In this document: positions 26,811 through 31,117 of the stretch, one piece after another
Layout of the letters: every line of letters begins with the position of its first letter
How positions within the stretch are numbered: position 1 is the stretch's first letter
Origin: Micropepsaceae bacterium
GTDB lineage: Bacteria > Pseudomonadota > Alphaproteobacteria > Micropepsales > Micropepsaceae
Direction of reading: 5' to 3'
DNA: 31,117 nt
Assembly (NCBI GenBank): GCA_025450355.1
Contig: JANWHR010000157.1
Span: 1-31,117, forward strand
The notes under the pieces: model-generated
Databases searched by the model: none
What the model was told of the DNA's origin: nothing
The model's input: only the letters and a program-made list of their open reading frames with translations
Position numbers and translations under genes: made by a program

Positions 26811-27500
26811 TCAGCCCGCCACCGGTAGAGTGAAAACATCAGTGCCGTGCGCGATCTTTTTCTTGCGCACGGGATCTTCCAGTTCGAAATCAAAGCGGTC
26901 GGCAGGTCTCACGCCGCCATGGGCCGCCAGCGTACCGCAGAACATCATGGTTCGTTCCGGAAGTGTGCGGCCGATATGCGCAATCAGCTCTTCGGGGTGA
27001 AGGATCGCGCTGACGGCGCCTTCCTGGTACAGCGCCCGATGGCCATCGCTGGTCGCGTAAGACCTCAGGATCAGCCGGTCCCAATGGGCGGCGACATCAG
27101 CAAAAGCCCAGAACGCGGGAGCCAACGGCTTATCGCACATCTGCTTTGAGAGCGCGATGCCATGGGTTTCCGCCTCGCGGTCCGTGTGGTCTGAACCCGT
27201 GCCGGCCCACAGCTGCCCCTGCCACTGGAGAAGCACGAATTCCACTTCGCCGCTCGAATGTTCGCCTAGCACCTGAATGGAAGATGCGGTCGTCAGGCGG
27301 GCGGCCGACACGCGGTAGAAAACCGGAACCGAAGCCGGTCGTTTGACGCCGATCGCTTCCAACTCGCGAATGTGGTGTTCGACGGCGGCTGTATCGCGCC
27401 CGGTCCAGCCTGCAATGATCAGGTTTTCCACGGTAATTGTCGCGGAAACGGGCGCATCGTCGCCGGCGGACAGGGTTGCCGAAAAGGTCTTGCCAGCCAT
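26811..27500 (-). CDS. DUF2848 family protein (FAH-hydrolase-like fold), about 229 aa
   Basis: LIIAGWTGRD..AVEHHIRELEAIGV..PASVPVFYRV, SSGEVEF, GSDHTDRE, SKQMCDKP, FCGTLAAHGG. ATG 27500 with SD GAGGT; alternative ATG 27533. Confidence 0.85.
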   Translation of the reverse strand: MAGKTFSATLSAGDDAPVSATITVENLIIAGWTGRDTAAVEHHIRELEAIGVKRPASVPVFYRVSAARLTTASSIQVLGEHSSGEVEFVLLQWQGQLWAGTGSDHTDREAETHGIALSKQMCDKPLAPAFWAFADVAAHWDRLILRSYATSDGHRALYQEGAVSAILHPEELIAHIGRTLPERTMMFCGTLAAHGGVRPADRFDFELEDPVRKKKIAHGTDVFTLPVAG

Positions 27501-27571
27501 CTTTACCTCGCCAAAAATGCGCTGTTTTGCCATCGCACGACAAGGCGGAGGCGTCAAATACGGATCGGCCG

Positions 27572-27600
27572 CTGACAAGATGCGGCGATTGCGCCACAAT
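27572..27600 (+). promoter_or_regulatory. Putative sigma70-type promoter for the VOC gene, overlapped by an inverted repeat
   Basis: CTGACA(27572-27577)-N17-CACAAT(27595-27600); GATTG-N5-CAATC at 27587-27601 covers the -10 element. Confidence 0.4.
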
Positions 27601-27623
27601 CAGCCGTTCAACCGGAGGGTCAA

Positions 27624-28439
27624 ATGTCCGCGCGCATCAATCACGTTGCGATCACCAGCGACTATTACGCCGTGAACGCCCGTTTCTACGAATCGCTGTT
27701 CGGGATGCGGCCCGGCAGGAAGACGCTGCCGCCATCGCGCGCGACTTCCCTGGGCGATGGTTATGTCGGGATGACGCATATTCCGCGGCGCGACGGCCGA
27801 ACAGCAGGGCTCGATCATTTCGGGAGGGAGGTGGATGACATCGAGGACACGATAGCCCGGATTCAAAAGTTCGACCCGGAGCTTTCGGCGCTGAAGCGGC
27901 CACCGATCCGGCCCTATGCCGCCTACAGCACGCACGATCCCGACAGCAATATTTTCGATTTGTCACAGCGCAACATCGGCTTCCAAAAGGACGTCTATGC
28001 CGAAAATACCGGCGAAGAGGCGCGTGCGCGCACGATCGGTCATATTGCGCTGCGCACCCGCCATGCCGAACGCTGCGCCCAGTTTTACGCGGAGGTCTTT
28101 GGCCTTGCGCTGTTGAACCGGCCGAGCGACGGCAATTTTTATCTGACCGACGGCCGCGTAACGCTCGCCGTGCTGCAATGGAAACTGTCCGATTATTACG
28201 GAATGGATCCTGCGCGACTGGGACTCGACCATATCGGGTTTCGCGTGGAAAGCGTCGATGCGGTCAAGCGCGACCTCGAATATCTGATCGGCGAAAACCC
28301 GCATCTGCGTGGGCGCGCGCTTGGCTACGGCAGTGAAGGTGAAGCACGGCTGAAGCTGTTCAAACAGTGCCCCTTCGGCGACCACCATTTCACCGATATG
28401 GAGGGCGTCTATATCGATGTCGCGGAGGCCGCGGCGTAA
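27624..28439 (+). CDS. Two-domain VOC (glyoxalase/extradiol dioxygenase superfamily) protein
   Basis: Repeated modules INHVAI...GLDHFG..V / IGHIAL...GLDHIGFRV, with D-P/M-D/E-x-N/V-x-F/I-D-L/V ends. SD GGAGG at 27614-27618. Confidence 0.85.
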   Translation: MSARINHVAITSDYYAVNARFYESLFGMRPGRKTLPPSRATSLGDGYVGMTHIPRRDGRTAGLDHFGREVDDIEDTIARIQKFDPELSALKRPPIRPYAAYSTHDPDSNIFDLSQRNIGFQKDVYAENTGEEARARTIGHIALRTRHAERCAQFYAEVFGLALLNRPSDGNFYLTDGRVTLAVLQWKLSDYYGMDPARLGLDHIGFRVESVDAVKRDLEYLIGENPHLRGRALGYGSEGEARLKLFKQCPFGDHHFTDMEGVYIDVAEAAA

Positions 28440-28444
28440 GCGGG

Positions 28445-28786
28445 CTAGCCGGCAAAGGCCGTCAGGTACACCGCAGAAGCGACAAAAAACGCGGTCACCG
28501 CAGCGACGGTGACGTAAGGCCCGAAAAGCTCCATCAGCGCCAGCGGATAGGTGAGATCGCCTGGTTGAGCTTCACCCACGAACGGAATGCGCAGGGGCTC
28601 TCCACGAAGGAAGCGGCCCATGTCCTGGACGAACATTCCGCCCACGACAAAAAAAAGCGTCATGGCGATGGCCAACCACAGAACGTACCAAAGCACCGGG
28701 TTCAAGCGCCTGCTCCAATCGGAAGCCCGCCGCCGCATTAGCACATTTTTGCCGCCTTTCGATCCGGCGGCCGGACGTAGCGGCAC
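28445..28786 (-). CDS. Small hypothetical membrane protein with two hydrophobic segments
   Basis: VLWYVLWLAIAMTLFFVVGGMFV and YVTVAAVTAFFVASAVYLTAF. Fills the gap between the VOC gene and hydantoinase A; alternative ATG 28738 gives 97 aa. Confidence 0.55.
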   Translation of the reverse strand: MPLRPAAGSKGGKNVLMRRRASDWSRRLNPVLWYVLWLAIAMTLFFVVGGMFVQDMGRFLRGEPLRIPFVGEAQPGDLTYPLALMELFGPYVTVAAVTAFFVASAVYLTAFAG

Positions 28787-28886
28787 CAGGCCGCATCACG
28801 ACTTCGTTTGCGCAACTGCAAAGCCGTGGCTTGTTGCGAGCATGGGGTCACGCTAAACCGGGGAGCGTGCCGGTGCAGAATTGCAG

Positions 28887-30947
28887 ATGAGCTTCCGCGT
28901 AACCGTCGATACCGGAGGGACATTCTCTGACTTCGTCTATTTCGACGAAGAGTTGCGGCAAATCTCGATCGCTAAAGTGCCGTCCACGCCGGATGACCCA
29001 TCGCGGGCCATTCTCGCCGGGATCGGATTGCTGCTGGGCAAGGGAGTGCCGGCTTCGGACGTTGGCTATTTCTGTCATGGCACGACCGTCGGCACCAACG
29101 CGCTGCTGGAAGGCAAAGGGGCGCGCACCGCGCTTCTGGTGACCAAAGGGTTTCGTGGAATTTATGAAGTCGCCGAACAATGCCGCCCGCACGGATCAGC
29201 GATTTTCGACATTTTTTACGAACGTCCCGCACCGCTTGTGCCGCCGCTGCTGACCGGAGAGGTGGCCGAGCGTGTCGGCGCGTCGGGCGAGGTCCTGCAG
29301 CCGCTCGATGAAGCGGCGCTGAGATCAACGATACGCCAGCTTGCCCGTCATTCCCCGCAAGCCATGGCCGTGTGCCTGCTGTTCTCCTTTTTGCGGCCCG
29401 AGCATGAGCAGCGCGCGCGCGCGATCATCGCGCAGGAAATCCCGAACTGCGCCGTCTCCCTGTCATCCGAAATCCTGCCGCAGATCCGTGAGTATTACCG
29501 CCTCTCGACCACGGTGATTAACGCCTGTCTTCAGCCGATTCTCGCCCATTACATCGGCAGTCTCGACAGCCGCCTGTCAGACGCCGGAATTGATACGCCG
29601 CAAAAATATGTCATGCAGTCCAATGGCGGCATGGCGAATTTTTCCACCAGCGCAACACATTCCGTTGCCACCGTGCTGTCTGGCCCTGCCGGCGGTGTCA
29701 CTGCGAGCGTACAGGTCTCGCGGGCCACGGGCCTGCAGAATCTGGTGACTTTCGACATGGGCGGCACTTCCTGCGACGTGGCGCTGATCCGCAACGGCGT
29801 CCCTGCGCTGCAGCATCGCGGAAAAATCGACGGGCGCGACATTTCTCTCCCGATGCTCGACATCCACACCGTCAGTGCCGGTGGCGGCACGCTCGCCCGC
29901 GTAGATCGCTTCGGTCAGCTTGTGGTCGGACCGGACAGTGCGGGCGCGGTTCCGGGCCCGGCCTGTTATGGGCGCGGGGGAACGGAGCCCACGATCACGG
30001 ATTGCAATCTCGTGCTCGGCTATCTCGGAGAAAGCAATTTCCTCGGCGGACAGATGAGGCTGCATCCCGCCGCCGCGCAACGCGCCATCGAATCGCAGGT
30101 GGCGCAAAAACTGGGATTGAGCACGCTGGAGGCCGCCGAGGGAGTCATCCGCGTGATCAACGTGAAAATGCAGGAGGCGATCAAGTCGATCTCCACCATG
30201 CGCGGTCATGATCCGCGCGAATTCCATCTGCTCGCATTTGGCGGCGCCGGTCCTTTGCACGCGGGCTCCCTCGCCGCGGAACTGGGAATGGCGGGTGTCG
30301 TCGTGCCGCTCTATCCCGGTGTTCATTCGGCGATGGGTCTGCTGATGTCCGATGTGCGGCATGATTATATCCGTTCACGGATGGTCGCCCTGGACCGGAT
30401 CGCACCCGAAGAGTTCCAGAGCGCGTTTGGCGAGCTGGAGAGCCATGCCATGCGGGATTTGCGCGACGAAGGATTCCCGTCTTCCCGCATCTCGCTCGAA
30501 CGCTCACTGGATTTGCGCTATGCCGGACAGGGATACGAGCTGACGGTTCCGTGCGTGGGCGCGCTTGAACGCGCTGGCATCGTGCGCTTGCGCGAGAAGT
30601 TCGACGACGAGCACCGCCGCCTGTTCGGCCATATGGCGCCCGATGAAACGGTTGAAATCGTCTCCTTCCGAATTTGCGGCACCGGCCGTCTTCCCCCGGT
30701 ACCATTTCCGGCATTCCGGAACGAAGGGCGTGCGCTCAGCGATGCACGGCGGCAAATCCGCCGCGTCTGCTTTGCCGGCGTGATGCTGGACTGCCCGGTC
30801 TATCAGCGCGAATTGCTGGATGTCGGCCATTTTTTCACCGGTCCCGCCATTGTCGATCAGCTGGACGCGACCACCGTGATCCCGCCGGGTCAGACAGTCC
30901 GTGTCGATGAATTCAGGAATCTGATCATCACTGCCGGGAATGCTTGA
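28887..30947 (+). CDS. Hydantoinase/oxoprolinase family protein, subunit A (HyuA/OplA-like, ATP-binding)
   Basis: VDTGGTFSD, HGTTVGTNALLEGKGA, LSGPAGGV, FDMGGTSCDV, GPDSAGAVPGPACYGRGG, AFGGAGPLHA, DLRYAGQGYEL. Confidence 0.93.
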   Translation: MSFRVTVDTGGTFSDFVYFDEELRQISIAKVPSTPDDPSRAILAGIGLLLGKGVPASDVGYFCHGTTVGTNALLEGKGARTALLVTKGFRGIYEVAEQCRPHGSAIFDIFYERPAPLVPPLLTGEVAERVGASGEVLQPLDEAALRSTIRQLARHSPQAMAVCLLFSFLRPEHEQRARAIIAQEIPNCAVSLSSEILPQIREYYRLSTTVINACLQPILAHYIGSLDSRLSDAGIDTPQKYVMQSNGGMANFSTSATHSVATVLSGPAGGVTASVQVSRATGLQNLVTFDMGGTSCDVALIRNGVPALQHRGKIDGRDISLPMLDIHTVSAGGGTLARVDRFGQLVVGPDSAGAVPGPACYGRGGTEPTITDCNLVLGYLGESNFLGGQMRLHPAAAQRAIESQVAQKLGLSTLEAAEGVIRVINVKMQEAIKSISTMRGHDPREFHLLAFGGAGPLHAGSLAAELGMAGVVVPLYPGVHSAMGLLMSDVRHDYIRSRMVALDRIAPEEFQSAFGELESHAMRDLRDEGFPSSRISLERSLDLRYAGQGYELTVPCVGALERAGIVRLREKFDDEHRRLFGHMAPDETVEIVSFRICGTGRLPPVPFPAFRNEGRALSDARRQIRRVCFAGVMLDCPVYQRELLDVGHFFTGPAIVDQLDATTVIPPGQTVRVDEFRNLIITAGNA

Positions 30948-31117
30948 GATGAGGCGCGATCCGTCCCTGACCCCTGGCGCGGTGGAACTGGAGATCATCA
31001 AATCCAGCCTCTCCGGCATTGTCCAGGAGATGCAGAATTCCCTGTTTCGTACCGGCTATTCAACCATCGTGCGGGAATCGCAGGATGCGTCTTGCGCGGT
31101 AATGGACACCGCGGCGC
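30940..31117 (+). CDS. Hydantoinase B/oxoprolinase family protein, 5' part only
   Basis: Manual translation: MLEMRRDPSLTPGAVELEIIKSSLSGIVQEMQNSLFRTGYSTIVRESQDASCAVMD, the typical HyuB N-terminus. Start 30940 or 30949; runs off the window. Confidence 0.88.
   Translation, partial: MLEMRRDPSLTPGAVELEIIKSSLSGIVQEMQNSLFRTGYSTIVRESQDASCAVMDTAA

Noticed and set aside
1299-28447. Genome-wide TAG reassignment (code 15-like or pyrrolysine)
   Set aside because: Four genes end in TAG at plausible C-termini, and readthrough of the NMT1-like gene would add a long antisense tail. No pyl genes or CUA tRNA are seen in the window. Kept only as context-dependent readthrough.
28827-28842. TGGC-N-GC sigma54-like spacing upstream of hydantoinase A
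   Set aside because: GG-N10-GC is present but the -12 element is GAGCA rather than TTGCW, and no activator gene is seen.
1-31117. tRNA, rRNA, CRISPR arrays, IS elements, integrases, intrinsic terminators
   Set aside because: None recognised: intergenic gaps are short, with no repeat-spacer periodicity, transposase motifs, or hairpin-plus-U-tract after gene ends. A covariance-model search was not possible.

Overview
GC-rich bacterial chromosomal window; gene content and promoter motifs suggest an alphaproteobacterium (inference). Left to right: (1) a partial hemerythrin-domain gene (minus strand, absent from the ORF track) divergent from a UdgX-type uracil-DNA glycosylase; (2) a coupled alpha-glucan/trehalose operon glgE-treS(+maltokinase domain)-glgB-glgX-malQ; (3) a convergent pgm with a perfect EcfG/sigmaT-type promoter; (4) a pentose-phosphate operon tkt-tal/pgi-gnd-zwf running straight into ergothioneine genes egtB-egtD; (5) an uncharacterised cluster of DUF2848, a cupin, a signal-peptide-less NMT1/THI5-fold protein, a two-domain VOC protein, a small membrane protein and hydantoinase/oxoprolinase A and B subunits (B is partial). 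The most striking anomaly is that two otherwise intact genes, glgE and tal-pgi, each carry one in-frame TAG in mid-domain, and each TAG is followed by a potential RNA stem-loop. TAG also serves as a normal terminator in four other genes here, so sequencing error, recent nonsense mutation and context-dependent amber readthrough all remain open. No rRNA, tRNA, CRISPR array or mobile element was recognised.
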